Shown here in pieces: positions 1 through 11,303 of a stretch of 64,000 nucleotides of DNA. Location of the stretch: positions 256,001 to 320,000 of the forward strand of contig CBDCRW010000007.1 of assembly GCA_965221125.1 (NCBI GenBank), read 5' to 3'. A program made the translations under genes and the position numbers. The stretch is from Alphaproteobacteria bacterium (lineage in GTDB: Bacteria; Pseudomonadota; Alphaproteobacteria; UBA828). The first letter of the stretch is position 1. Each line of letters begins with the position of its first letter. The notes beneath the pieces were generated by a model, which was not told where the DNA came from, made no database searches, and saw only the letters and a list, made by a program, of their open reading frames with translations.

Positions 1-2
1 AG

Positions 3-269
3 ACCGTCATCCGGCGCAAGCTGAGCGCGGCGCTGGCGCCCAGCCGCCTCGACATCGTGGACGATTCCGGGCGCCACGCCGGCCACGTCGGCGCGCGGCC
101 CGAGGGCGAGACTCACTTCATCGTCGAGATCGCGTCCGCTCAGTTCGCGGGCCTCTCGCGCGTCGCCCGCCAGCGCCTGGTCCACAAGGTGCTCGAAGAC
201 GAGCTGCAGGACAGGGTCCACGCGCTCGCGCTGAAGACCGTGACGCCGGAGGAAGACTCCGCCGGGTAG
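3..269 (+). CDS. bolA: BolA family protein (5' end outside window)
   Basis: DDSGRHAGH...ETHF...SAQFAGLSRVARQRLVHKVL...VHALAL BolA signature. Confidence 0.9.
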   Translation, partial: TVIRRKLSAALAPSRLDIVDDSGRHAGHVGARPEGETHFIVEIASAQFAGLSRVARQRLVHKVLEDELQDRVHALALKTVTPEEDSAG

Positions 270-415
270 AGCGCGTCCGTCCTTGGACGGGCGCGCGACA
301 GGCCGCGACAGCGGCCCGCCGCGTATGCGGCGCGCCCGCGCAGGCGCTGGCCGAAGGCCAGCTGCCGTGAGCGATAAAGACTCGGAGCGTTTTCGTGCAA
401 GACGGAAACGCTCTG
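267..415. repeat. ~150-bp palindromic interspersed repeat (REP/MITE-like), copy 1
   Basis: Reverse complement aligns with 63866-64000; several hairpins; begins at the bolA TAG. Confidence 0.8.
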
Positions 416-427
416 ACTCGGGAGGCC

Positions 428-1357
428 TTACGCTGCCATCAGCGCTTCGACGTGGGCCGCGGCGCTGGCGCCCAGCGCGCGGAGGTCGTAGCCGCCTTCC
501 AGCGTGGAGACGACGCGGCCGTCGCAGAGCTCGCCTGCGAGGCGCACGAGTTCGGTCGTGATCCAGGTATAGTCGTCCTCCACCAGCTCCAGGTTCGCGA
601 GCGGATCGTCGCGGTGCGCGTCGAAGCCGGCCGAGATCAGGATCATCTCCGGCCGGTGCGCGCGGAGCGCCGGCAGCACGCGGCTCTCCATCGCGTCGCG
701 GAAGCCGGCCGAGCCCGTGCCGGCTGAGAGCGGCGCGTTGACGATGTTGCCGACGCCCGTCTCTCTCGCCGCTCCAGTGCCCGGATAAAGTGGGGACTGA
801 TGGGTGGACGCGAAGAAGAGATCGCCGTCCTTCTCGAACGCGGCCTGCGTGCCGTTGCCGTGATGGACATCGAAGTCGACCACGGCGACGCGCGTGAGCC
901 CGTGGCTGCGCCGCGCCCGCTCGGCGCCGATCACGACGTTGTTGAAAAGGCAGAACCCCATCGGCCGGCGCGGCTCGGCGTGGTGGCCGGGCGGGCGCAC
1001 CGCGCAGAAGGCGTTGTCCGCCTCGCCGCCCATCACCGCGTCCACCGCTGCGCTCACCGCGCCCGCCGCGCGCAGGGCGGCCTCGCCGGAGGCCGGCGAC
1101 ATGACCGTGTCGGCGTCGATCGCGACCCGCCCTTCGTCTGGCACGTTCTCGAGAATGGCGTCGACCAGCCGCTTGTCGTGCGCCCAGGCGATGCTCTCGG
1201 TCTCGCCGACCGGCGCCTCGCGGCGCTCGAGGTCGGCAAACGACTCGGCCGCGAGCGCCTTCTCGATCGCCCCGAGCCGCGCCCCCGATTCGGGGTGCTG
1301 CGCGCCGGGGTCGTGCTCCGCGCACACGGGATGGCTGTAGAAGACTGTCCTGGCCAC
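428..1357 (-). CDS. Histone deacetylase family (AcuC/AphA-like) amidohydrolase
   Basis: HPESGARL, RPPGHHA, GFCLFNN, DFDVHHGNGTQ, SAGFDAH, LEGGY motifs. Confidence 0.93.
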   Translation of the reverse strand: MARTVFYSHPVCAEHDPGAQHPESGARLGAIEKALAAESFADLERREAPVGETESIAWAHDKRLVDAILENVPDEGRVAIDADTVMSPASGEAALRAAGAVSAAVDAVMGGEADNAFCAVRPPGHHAEPRRPMGFCLFNNVVIGAERARRSHGLTRVAVVDFDVHHGNGTQAAFEKDGDLFFASTHQSPLYPGTGAARETGVGNIVNAPLSAGTGSAGFRDAMESRVLPALRAHRPEMILISAGFDAHRDDPLANLELVEDDYTWITTELVRLAGELCDGRVVSTLEGGYDLRALGASAAAHVEALMAA

Positions 1358-1504
1358 GGCCTCACCTCCTGCTGCGCGCAGCGTAGCACGGGCTCACGTC
1401 AGGCGTGGCCATATGCCGCTCGCGCAAATTTGAGCCGCATTGGGGCTGGACCTGCGCCCTTCTTATTCGCCACATTGGGGCCGGAAGATTCCAGGGAGAG
1501 ATCG

Positions 1505-2884
<1,380 letters not shown>

Positions 2885-2930
2885 CCCGGCGCCGCAGCGG
2901 CCGCGCCGGCCCGGCTCCGCGCCCGCGCGC

Positions 2931-3698
2931 TCAGGCGGCGGCGTGCGCGCGGATGGGGCCCTCGGCCCGCTGGTTGATCAGCTGGTCGAGGTAGGCGTTG
3001 CCGCTCTCGTCGATGTCGCCGGCAGCGCCCTGCCAGAGGATCGCGCCGTCGTGCAGCATCGCCAGCCGGTCGAAGCTCCGCCGCGCGATGCCCATGTCGC
3101 TCGTCACCGTGAGCGCCGTCGCGCCGGTCCGCGCGATGGCGTCCCGGATGAGGGTCACGATGGCGCCGGTGAGAATCGGGTCGAGGCCGGCGGTCGGGTC
3201 GTCGAGCACGAGGAAGCGGGGCTCGGCGCAGATCGCGCGGCCGAGCGCCACGCGCTTCTGCATGCCGCCGGAAAGCTCGGCCGGCGAGAGGTCGGCCACG
3301 TCCGGTCTCAGGCCGACGGCGACGAGAATCTCCATGGCCCGTTGCCTGGCGGCGCGCCGGGCCATGCCGTGGCCGTGGATCAGGGTGAAGGCCACGTTCT
3401 CCCACACGCTCAGGCTGTCGAAGAGCGCGTTCTGCTGGAACAGCACGCCGATGCCGCGCATCAGCTCTTCGAGCCCGCCCTTGTCGAGGGTTGCCAGGTC
3501 GGTGTCGCCGAAGCGGACGCTGCCGCCCTCCATCGGCAAGAGCCCGAGCAGGCACTTGAGCAGCACCGACTTGCCGCCGGACGAGGGGCCGACGAGCACG
3601 GTCGACTGCCCTTGCGGCACATCGAGATCGACTCCGCGCAGCACGGGCCTGCCGTCGAACGCCTTGACCACGCCGCGCGCCGTGACCGTAATGCTCAT
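2931..3698 (-). CDS. ABC transporter ATP-binding protein, MlaF/Mkl-like
   Basis: Walker A GPSSGGKS, FQQNALFDSL, LSGGMQKRV, DDPTAGLDP. Confidence 0.85.
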   Translation of the reverse strand: MSITVTARGVVKAFDGRPVLRGVDLDVPQGQSTVLVGPSSGGKSVLLKCLLGLLPMEGGSVRFGDTDLATLDKGGLEELMRGIGVLFQQNALFDSLSVWENVAFTLIHGHGMARRAARQRAMEILVAVGLRPDVADLSPAELSGGMQKRVALGRAICAEPRFLVLDDPTAGLDPILTGAIVTLIRDAIARTGATALTVTSDMGIARRSFDRLAMLHDGAILWQGAAGDIDESGNAYLDQLINQRAEGPIRAHAAA

Positions 3699-3765
3699 GG
3701 GCCGTCTCTAGCCCGGTTCTCTCCCCCATGTCACGGCCTGCGGCCAGCCAACGAGGTCTTCCACG

Positions 3766-5022
3766 ATGTCTGACGACACGCTGCTCGAACGCCGCCACCG
3801 GCTGCTCGGCGCCGGTGCGCCGCTCTTCTACGACCGCCCGCTCCACCTGGTGAGGGGGGAGGGGAGCAAGGTGTGGGACGGCGACGGCCGCGTCTATCTC
3901 GACGCCTACAACAACGTGCCGCACGTGGGCCACTGCCACCCGCACGTGGTGGAGGCGCTGGCGGACCAGGCCGCCCGCCTCAATCTCTCGACCCGCTACC
4001 TGGATGCGCGCATCCTCGACTACGGCGAGGCGCTGACCGCGACCTTCGCGGATGAGCTCTCCCGCGTCTCGCTCACGTGCTCGGGCACCGAGGCGAGCGA
4101 GCTTGCGCTCAGGATCGCCCGCGCGTGCACCGGCAACGAGGGCGTCATCGTCACCGACTTCTGCTACCACGGGAACTCCGCCGTGGTCGCCGGGCTCTGC
4201 ACCGCCTTTGCCACGCCCGAAGGCATCGACCCCAGGGTGCGCACCGTCAGGGTGCCCGAGGCCGAAGACGACGCAGACGAGGCCGCGGCCGAGGTCGAGG
4301 CCGCCATCGCTTCGATGGCCGAGGCCGGCATGAAGCCCGCCGCGATCTTCTTCGACACGATCTTCGCGACCGAGGGCATGCCGGCGGTGCCGGCCGGCTA
4401 CGTGGAACGCGCGGTGGCACTCACCCGCACGGCCGGCGGCCTCTACATCGCGGACGAAGTTCAGCCCGGCCTCGGGCGCACGGGCGCCGGCATGTGGGGG
4501 CACCAGCTCTACGACGCGGTGCCGGACCTCGTGACCCTCGGCAAGCCGCTCGGCAACGGCCATCCGCTGGCGGGCGTCGTCGCCCGCGCGGACCTGATCG
4601 ACGGGTTCGCGGCCAAGGCGATGTACTTCAACACCTTCGGCGGCAACCCGGTCTCCTGCGCGGTGGGGCACGCGGTGCTCGAGGTCATCGAGGAGGAGGG
4701 CCTCGTGGAGAACGCGCGCAGGGTGGGCGCGCGGCTGCACGAGGGCCTGTCCGCGCTCGGCAACAAGCACGCCATGATCGGCGCGCCACGCGGGCGGGGC
4801 TTCTTCACCGGCGTCCCCTTCCTCTCCAGCGAGGACGGCGAGACGCCGGCGCCGGCGCTCGCCAAGGCCGCGGTGAACGGGATGCGCGAGCGGGGCGTGC
4901 TGATCAGCCGCACCGGGCGCCACGACCATGTGCTCAAGATCCGCCCGCCCATGCCGTTCTCCGCCAAGGACGCGGATCAGCTTCTCGCCGCCCTCGACGA
5001 AACCCTCGATTCGCTGGCGTGA
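3766..5022 (+). CDS. Class III PLP aminotransferase (AGXT2L/phospho-lyase-like)
   Basis: YLDAYNNVPHVGHCH, IADEVQPGLGRTG, LGKPLGNG, YFNTFGGNPV. Confidence 0.88.
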   Translation: MSDDTLLERRHRLLGAGAPLFYDRPLHLVRGEGSKVWDGDGRVYLDAYNNVPHVGHCHPHVVEALADQAARLNLSTRYLDARILDYGEALTATFADELSRVSLTCSGTEASELALRIARACTGNEGVIVTDFCYHGNSAVVAGLCTAFATPEGIDPRVRTVRVPEAEDDADEAAAEVEAAIASMAEAGMKPAAIFFDTIFATEGMPAVPAGYVERAVALTRTAGGLYIADEVQPGLGRTGAGMWGHQLYDAVPDLVTLGKPLGNGHPLAGVVARADLIDGFAAKAMYFNTFGGNPVSCAVGHAVLEVIEEEGLVENARRVGARLHEGLSALGNKHAMIGAPRGRGFFTGVPFLSSEDGETPAPALAKAAVNGMRERGVLISRTGRHDHVLKIRPPMPFSAKDADQLLAALDETLDSLA

Positions 5023-6053
5023 CCGCGCCCGTGAGCGATTTCTACGGCCTGCCGCTCGACGAGCGGGCGGAGCGCCTGCGCGCGCTCGCGACCACGGCGC
5101 TCGTCCGCTGGGGCGTGCGCGACGGCGAGCCCGAGATGCTCAAGGTCCGCGAGAACGCCGTGTTCCGCGTGCAGACAGCGGACGGGCAGGACGCGGTGCT
5201 CCGCGTTCACCGCCACGATTACCACAGCGACGCGGCGCTCCGGTCCGAGCTTGCCTGGCTGGAGGCGCTGCACGCTGACGGCATCGCGGTGCCGGCGGTG
5301 ATCCCGAGCGCTGCCGGCGCGGCGTTCGAGACCGTGCAGGCTGCGGGCGTGCCGGAGCCCCGCCAGGTGGACATGCTCACCTGGATGCCTGGCGTCCCCA
5401 TCGGCACGATCGAGGAGGGGCTGAATCCCCAGATTGCGGACGTGCATGCGGTCTTCGAGGCCGTCGGGCGGCTCGCCGCGCGGCTCCACAACCAGACCGG
5501 CGCGTGGCCGCAGCCCGCCGGATTCATCCGCCATGCCTGGGACCGCGACGGGCTGGTCGGCCCCGAGCCGCTCTGGGGGCGGTTCTGGGAGGCTGCCGTG
5601 CTCGGCGCCGGGGAGCGCCGCCTGATCGACCGTGCCAGGGCGCAGGTCCACGACGAGCTCACCGCCTACGGCCGCCCGCCCCGGCGCTACGGCCTGATCC
5701 ACGCCGACCTCAACCTCGACAACATGCTCTTCGACGGCGAGCGGGTGATCGTGCTCGACTTCGACGACTGCGGCTTCGGCTGGCACCTCTTCGACCTGTC
5801 CACGGTCTGGACGCTGTTCCACGGCAGCGACCTCGCCGAGGCGATGCGGGCCGGCGTCGTCGCCGGCTACCGCCGCGAGCGCGACTTGCCGGACGAGGAG
5901 CTCGCCCACATGCCGCTCTTCGAGCTGGGCCGCGCGTTCAGCTATCTGGGCTGGGTCCACACGCGCTCGGAAACCGCGAGCGCGCAGGCGCTTGCGCACG
6001 AGGTCGCGGAACTGGTCTGCACCCTCGCGGAGGCGTACCTGCGCGGCAAGTAA
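5019..6053 (+). CDS. APH-like phosphotransferase (homoserine kinase type II / hydroxylysine kinase-like)
   Basis: ENAVF, LRVHR, IHADLNLDN, LDFDDCG; GTGA overlap with upstream gene. Confidence 0.85.
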   Translation: MTAPVSDFYGLPLDERAERLRALATTALVRWGVRDGEPEMLKVRENAVFRVQTADGQDAVLRVHRHDYHSDAALRSELAWLEALHADGIAVPAVIPSAAGAAFETVQAAGVPEPRQVDMLTWMPGVPIGTIEEGLNPQIADVHAVFEAVGRLAARLHNQTGAWPQPAGFIRHAWDRDGLVGPEPLWGRFWEAAVLGAGERRLIDRARAQVHDELTAYGRPPRRYGLIHADLNLDNMLFDGERVIVLDFDDCGFGWHLFDLSTVWTLFHGSDLAEAMRAGVVAGYRRERDLPDEELAHMPLFELGRAFSYLGWVHTRSETASAQALAHEVAELVCTLAEAYLRGK

Positions 6054-6062
6054 GCCGCGGGC

Positions 6063-7178
6063 CTACGGGAAAAGGGTGAGGACGCCGGTGTAGCCGTAGA
6101 GCCGGTTGTGCGAGATCTCGCCGTTGCAGAAGAAGCCCACCAGCGGCACGTCGCCGAGGGTGCGCTCGATCAGCCGCAGCTCCTCCGACGCCTCGCCGAA
6201 CATGTTGGGGCCGCGCGCGAGGCAGGTGAAGTAGAGCGCGCCGCGCGGCTCGGCGCCGGCCCGCCGCTTGACCGAATCGACCATGCGGCCGAGATCCTGC
6301 TCGGCGGCGTCCGCGTCCCGGCGGCAGAACTGCACCAGCGCGCCGCGCTCCACCAGCTCGCCGATGCCGATCAGCCCGCGGTCCACGTCGAAGCCCATGA
6401 TGTTGCGCACCAGGTAGTCGCCGGTGTCGCTGCCGGAGACGGGCAGGGCGGCGAAGATGAGGCCGCCGACGCGGCGCAGGTCTCCCGCCAGCTCCTCGCC
6501 GATCTCCTCCTTGAAGACGTCGAGCGCCGGGCGGCCGTCGAGTTCGACGATGACGTTGGCCTGGCAGTCGGTGATCTGGTGGCCCGGCCCGATCGGCATG
6601 CAGCTCTGGCTGAGCGCGGTGGCGACAGCGACGGATTCGGAGAGAAGCACGCCGGAGACTCCGCCCTCCGTCACTCCGCCCGCGATCTGGGCCGGCACCG
6701 CGCGCGACGACGAGAGGCCGCCCACCAGGAAGCCCTCCAGCTCGTCGGCGAGGTCGGCGACGATGTCGCCCGTCCGCTGGTTGCGCGGGTCCGCGTGGAC
6801 GATGCCGAAGCGGGCCGGCGCCCTGGCGATCCAGGCCCCGTTGTCGCGGCTGAACTCGCCGAGGTCGTCATGGATGGTCTCGAAGACCCGGTAGCTCGTC
6901 TGGTCGAGGTCGGCGATCATCACCGCGGCGGCGGGCTCGTCGAAGTACTCCCGCCCGGTGGCGCAGATGCCGATGCCGACCGAGCCCACCCACTCGTCGA
7001 TGCCGGTTGCGCGCTTGAGCCGGTCCAGCGCGGCCGGCAGGTGATCGCCGATCGCGTCGGTGACGTAGAGCATCCCGAGCCCGTTGTGCGGCAGCGTCGG
7101 CCCGAGCTTCTCGATGCAGGCCTCGATCGCGGCGTCGCCGCTCGGCCCGCCGGCATGGGCGTAGTGAAATCGCGTCAT
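6063..7178 (-). CDS. FIST N/C domain signal-transduction protein
   Basis: GSVGIGIC, SQSCMPIG, ELDGRPAL, DYLVRN, GFFCNGEI...LYGYTGV. Confidence 0.88.
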   Translation of the reverse strand: MTRFHYAHAGGPSGDAAIEACIEKLGPTLPHNGLGMLYVTDAIGDHLPAALDRLKRATGIDEWVGSVGIGICATGREYFDEPAAAVMIADLDQTSYRVFETIHDDLGEFSRDNGAWIARAPARFGIVHADPRNQRTGDIVADLADELEGFLVGGLSSSRAVPAQIAGGVTEGGVSGVLLSESVAVATALSQSCMPIGPGHQITDCQANVIVELDGRPALDVFKEEIGEELAGDLRRVGGLIFAALPVSGSDTGDYLVRNIMGFDVDRGLIGIGELVERGALVQFCRRDADAAEQDLGRMVDSVKRRAGAEPRGALYFTCLARGPNMFGEASEELRLIERTLGDVPLVGFFCNGEISHNRLYGYTGVLTLFP

Positions 7179-7227
7179 TCTCTGCGTCCCGGCGCCATGT
7201 CACGCGCGCAAGCGCCCAATGGTGCGC

Positions 7228-8571
7228 TCACGGGCGCGCCTCCTGCAAGCGGGCGGCGCACCAGGCGGCGGCCCGCAGCGTGGTTGCGTCGGCGCCGTAG
7301 CGCCCCACCACCTGGAGGCCGAGCGGCAGGCCGCCCACGGCAAGCACGGGAACGTTGACCGCCGGCACGCCGAGCATGGTCCAGAGCATGGTCTGCAAGC
7401 GGCTGCCGGTAAAGGCCAGGCCCTCCGGCGCGCCGCCGGGGGCGGCAGGGGTGAGCGCCGCATCGTAGGGCCGCATGGCCTGCTCGAAGGCGCGTCGCAT
7501 CGCGTCCGCCGCATCGAGCAGGGAGAGATAGGCATCGGCATCGATCGCCCGCCCGCCTTCGATGTGCGCGCGCACGACATCGGAAAGCCGGGCCTCGCCC
7601 CGCGCGACCCAGGCTGCGAACGCGTGGGCGACCTCGCGCCGCATGATGCCGAGATGCACGGCCCGCGCGTCCGCGAATTCCGGGCCGAGGGCAAGGGGCG
7701 CGGCGCCGAGCGCGGCCGCCGCATCCTCGTAGGCCGCCGCCGCCTCCGGCTCCACCTCGTTCCAGGCCGGCGCGCGCACGAATGCGAGGCGCGGTTGGCC
7801 GAGCGGCAGGGCGAGCGCTGCGGCGAGGCGGGTGGCGGCCCGGCCGGCGCAGGCCTGATCCAGCCCGTCGTTGCCCGAGAGCACGTCGATGCCGAGCGCC
7901 ACGTCCTCCGCCGAGCCCGCGAGCACGCCGACGTGGTCGAGCGTCCGCGCGAGCCGCGTGACCCCGGTACGCGGGATCGCCCCAAAACTCGGCTTCATGC
8001 CCCAGACGCCGCAGAACGCGGCCGGCCGCACCACGGAGCCTGCGGTCTGGCTGCCGAGCGCGAGCGGCACGCCGCCGGCGGCCACGGTCGCGGCCGAGCC
8101 CGAGGATGACCCCCCCGGCGTGTGCCCGAGCGCGTGCGGGTTGCGGGTCTCGTTGGCGGCGCCGCAGGCGAGCTCAGTGGTCACCGTCTTGCCCAGGATG
8201 AGCGCGCCGGCCGCGCGCAGGCGTCGCACGGCCGTGGCGTCCGCATCCGGCCTGCGGCCTGCGTCGAGCGGTGTACCGTTCTCTGTGGGCTGATCGGAGG
8301 TGTCGAAGATGTCCTTGACGGCGACGGGCACGCCCGCGAGCGCCCCGGCCGGGCCGGCGTCGTCGATCGCCCGCGCCTGCTCCAGCGCGTGTGCCGCATC
8401 GAGGTGGGCCCACGCGTGGACCTCCGATTCAGTCTCGGCGATGCGTGCCAGCGCCGCGGCGCAGGCCTCCGCCGCGCTCTCCCGTCCGGCGCGGACGTTG
8501 GCCGCGATATCGACCCCACGCGGGCATTTCGGCAGCGCCGGGGCCGCCCTCGCGCTTCCACTAGCCGTCAT
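7228..8571 (-). CDS. Amidase signature family protein
   Basis: GVPVAVKD, GKTVTTE, TPGGSSSGSA, GSQTAGSVVRPA. Confidence 0.9.
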   Translation of the reverse strand: MTASGSARAAPALPKCPRGVDIAANVRAGRESAAEACAAALARIAETESEVHAWAHLDAAHALEQARAIDDAGPAGALAGVPVAVKDIFDTSDQPTENGTPLDAGRRPDADATAVRRLRAAGALILGKTVTTELACGAANETRNPHALGHTPGGSSSGSAATVAAGGVPLALGSQTAGSVVRPAAFCGVWGMKPSFGAIPRTGVTRLARTLDHVGVLAGSAEDVALGIDVLSGNDGLDQACAGRAATRLAAALALPLGQPRLAFVRAPAWNEVEPEAAAAYEDAAAALGAAPLALGPEFADARAVHLGIMRREVAHAFAAWVARGEARLSDVVRAHIEGGRAIDADAYLSLLDAADAMRRAFEQAMRPYDAALTPAAPGGAPEGLAFTGSRLQTMLWTMLGVPAVNVPVLAVGGLPLGLQVVGRYGADATTLRAAAWCAARLQEARP

Positions 8572-8675
8572 CGCCGTCTCCTCGTCGCTCCGCCCTCTAG
8601 CCCAAGCATACAGCGGGGTCCCGGATGTTGCGCTGTTCCTTGGCAAGCCCTGCGGGCAGGGCTATAAGCCGGGGC

Positions 8676-9710
8676 ATGCTGGTCACCTTGGTCGACGACT
8701 CCATTCCGTTCAACGGGATGACACCGGCCTATCAACCCATCGGCGGCGCCGAGAAGGCGTTCGCCAGCCTGCCGGCGGCGCTCGCGCGCCAGGGCCACGT
8801 GGTGCGCGCGGTCAACCGGAGTCCGAACAGCCTGGGCTTCGAGAACGTGAGCTGGATCCACTGGGACGGCCGCAAGCCGCCCATCACCGAGGTGCTGATC
8901 GCCTTCCGCAAGCCGGCCCTGCTCGAGTTCACGCGGGCGACCAGGGCGCGTATCCTCTGGGTCACCGGGCCGCCGGACTACCTCCATCGCCCCGCGGTCC
9001 ACGAGGTGCTGAGCCGCACCGACGCCAAGCTCGTGTTCCTGGGCAACAAGCATTCCGAAGCGTATCGGACGGAGGGGGAGAACGCCGTCTACTACCGCTC
9101 CATCGCGCCCGGCGTGCGCGAGGAATACCGCAGCGGCGAAGAGATGTCGCCGGAGGAGCCGCCGACCGCGGTGGTGACCACGCACCCCAAGCACGATCTC
9201 GACTGGCTGCTGGATCTCTGGATCGAGCGGATCCGCCCCGAGGCGCCCAACGCCCAGCTGCAGGTCTATTCGGCCGCGTTCAAGCGCGCGCAGACGGGCG
9301 ATGCGCTGGCCGACGATCTCATGCCGGTCTTCGAGAAGGCCCGCGGTGCCGCCGATCACGGCGTGGTCATCATGGCGCCCGCCGGCGACAGGGACATGGC
9401 GAAGGCATATGCCCGGGCGCGGGTGCATCTCTATCCCGGCTCCGAGCGCGAGATGTACTGCTCGACTCTGGCGGAATCGCAGGCGGTCGGCCTGCCGGCG
9501 GTGGCCCGGCCCGTGGGCGCGGTGAAGGAGCGCTTCACCGATCGCCAGTCCGGCTTCCTCGCGCCCGACGACGATGCCTTCGTCGAGAACGCGCTCGCCA
9601 TGCTCAAGGACGACGAAGCCTTCGAGAAGGCGAGCAAGACGGCCCGGCGCACTGGCCGCAACCGGAGCTGGGATACCGCAGCAAGCGAGTTCGAGATGCT
9701 CTTCCGTTGA
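8676..9710 (+). CDS. GT-B (family 4-like) glycosyltransferase
   Basis: IGGAE N-terminus; YPGSEREMYCSTLAESQAVGLP (E-x7-E) motif. Confidence 0.8.
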   Translation: MLVTLVDDSIPFNGMTPAYQPIGGAEKAFASLPAALARQGHVVRAVNRSPNSLGFENVSWIHWDGRKPPITEVLIAFRKPALLEFTRATRARILWVTGPPDYLHRPAVHEVLSRTDAKLVFLGNKHSEAYRTEGENAVYYRSIAPGVREEYRSGEEMSPEEPPTAVVTTHPKHDLDWLLDLWIERIRPEAPNAQLQVYSAAFKRAQTGDALADDLMPVFEKARGAADHGVVIMAPAGDRDMAKAYARARVHLYPGSEREMYCSTLAESQAVGLPAVARPVGAVKERFTDRQSGFLAPDDDAFVENALAMLKDDEAFEKASKTARRTGRNRSWDTAASEFEMLFR

Positions 9711-9738
9711 ATATCGCCCTGGTCGCCGGACCGGGACC

Positions 9739-10395
9739 CTACATCACGCCGTATTTCTCCCAAGCCTCGGTGGTCGAGAGGCCGCCCTCGATCTCCCTGG
9801 CGATGATCGTTTCCATGCGGCGTTTTTCCAGCGCCTTCTCCACGCATTCCGCCGCGACCTCGCTCGGCACCACGAGCACGCCGTCGTCGTCGCCCACGAT
9901 CAGGTCGCCCGGCTTGACCGCAACCTCGGCGATCCGCACCGGCTCGCGGTAGGCCACCACCCGGCCCCGGCCGCGCTGGTCCTGTGCGTAGGAGCCGCGG
10001 GCGAAGACCGGCAGCGTCATCGCGCGAATCTCCCGCGAATCCCGCATGTAGCCGTCGAGCACGGCGCCAGCCGCACCCTGCGCCAGCGCGCGGGTAGTCA
10101 TCAGCTCGCCCCAGAGCGCGAAGGGCGGGGCGCCGGCGGCGGCGACGTACACCTCGCCCGCCCTGAGCGAATCGAGGGCCTCGAACATGAGGCCGAAGCT
10201 GTGGTCGTCCGGCGTGGCCGCGACCTCCAGCAGCGGCATCGCCCGGCCGGCGAGCCGCGCGCCCGGCACGGCCGGCTGAATGGCCGGCGGCAGGAACTGG
10301 TGGCGGCGGCCAAGGGTGTCGAGCACGTCGCCGAGCTGCGCGGTGGAGAGCTCCGTCCGCACCGTGGCGAGAAGCGTGTCGGGAACCTGGGTCAT
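9739..10395 (-). CDS. RraA/HMG aldolase family protein
   Basis: WGELM, GAVLDGYMRD, PGDLIVGDDDGVLVVP. Confidence 0.88.
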   Translation of the reverse strand: MTQVPDTLLATVRTELSTAQLGDVLDTLGRRHQFLPPAIQPAVPGARLAGRAMPLLEVAATPDDHSFGLMFEALDSLRAGEVYVAAAGAPPFALWGELMTTRALAQGAAGAVLDGYMRDSREIRAMTLPVFARGSYAQDQRGRGRVVAYREPVRIAEVAVKPGDLIVGDDDGVLVVPSEVAAECVEKALEKRRMETIIAREIEGGLSTTEAWEKYGVM

Positions 10396-11303
10396 GGCGT
10401 TTCTTCCTCCGGCGGGGTGGGGCGTTTGCGGCCGATCAGGGTCGCGATGACGGGATGGTAGCGCGCGCCCAGCCCGCTCGCGATGGCTTCGGCGAACAGC
10501 GCCTTGACCAGCGCGGCGCCCTCGGCGTCGATGCCTGATTCTTCAGCGATATCGAGCGCGTAGTCGAGATCCTTCATGGCGTAGGTGAGGGGGAAGGCGC
10601 CTTCGGGGAAGTGTTCCGGGAGGATCGCCTTCTTGCCGTGGTTCTGCAGCGCGAAGCTGTCGCCCGAGCTGCGGCCCACCGCCTCCAGGAAGGTCTCGGG
10701 CAGGATCCCCTGGCGGCGCGCGATGGCGAGGCCCTCGGCAAGCGCGCGGACGTTCTGAAAGAGGATCATGTTGTTGAGGATCTTCACCGCCTGTCCGCTG
10801 CCGACCGGCCCGCAGTGGGTCACGTCCTGGGCGATGTGGGCGAGCAGGGGGCGCAGCCGCGCGACCAGCGCCGCGTCGCCGCCCACCATGATGCTGAGCG
10901 TGCCGTCGATGGCGGCCTGGCGCGTGCGCGCGATCGGCGCATCGGCGAAGGCGATGCCGCGCGCGGCGAAGGCGCCCGCGATCTCGCGGGCGAGCGCCGG
11001 CGGGGCGGTGCTGGTGTCGACCACGGTGCGCCCAGGGGACACGTGCTCGATCAGCCCGCCGTCGCCGAGGCAGACCGCCCGCACCTCGCGGCCCGAGGGG
11101 AGCGAGAGGAAGATCAGATCGGCCGTCTGGGCGAGCGCCGCGACGGAGGGTGCAATTTCTGCGCCGTCCTCCGCGAGGCGGGCCAGCGGCGCGGGGTCGA
11201 GGTCGTAGGCCGCGACCGGCCCGTCGTGCTTGCGCGCGAGGTTGCGGCACATGGGCTCGCCCATGACGCCCGTGCCGATGAAGCCGATGCGCTCGGCCGT
11301 CAT
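10392..11303 (-). CDS. 3-hydroxyisobutyrate/tartronate semialdehyde dehydrogenase family
   Basis: GFIGTGVMG, DAPI, LSIMVGG, GSGQAVKILNN. Confidence 0.88.
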   Translation of the reverse strand: MTAERIGFIGTGVMGEPMCRNLARKHDGPVAAYDLDPAPLARLAEDGAEIAPSVAALAQTADLIFLSLPSGREVRAVCLGDGGLIEHVSPGRTVVDTSTAPPALAREIAGAFAARGIAFADAPIARTRQAAIDGTLSIMVGGDAALVARLRPLLAHIAQDVTHCGPVGSGQAVKILNNMILFQNVRALAEGLAIARRQGILPETFLEAVGRSSGDSFALQNHGKKAILPEHFPEGAFPLTYAMKDLDYALDIAEESGIDAEGAALVKALFAEAIASGLGARYHPVIATLIGRKRPTPPEEETP

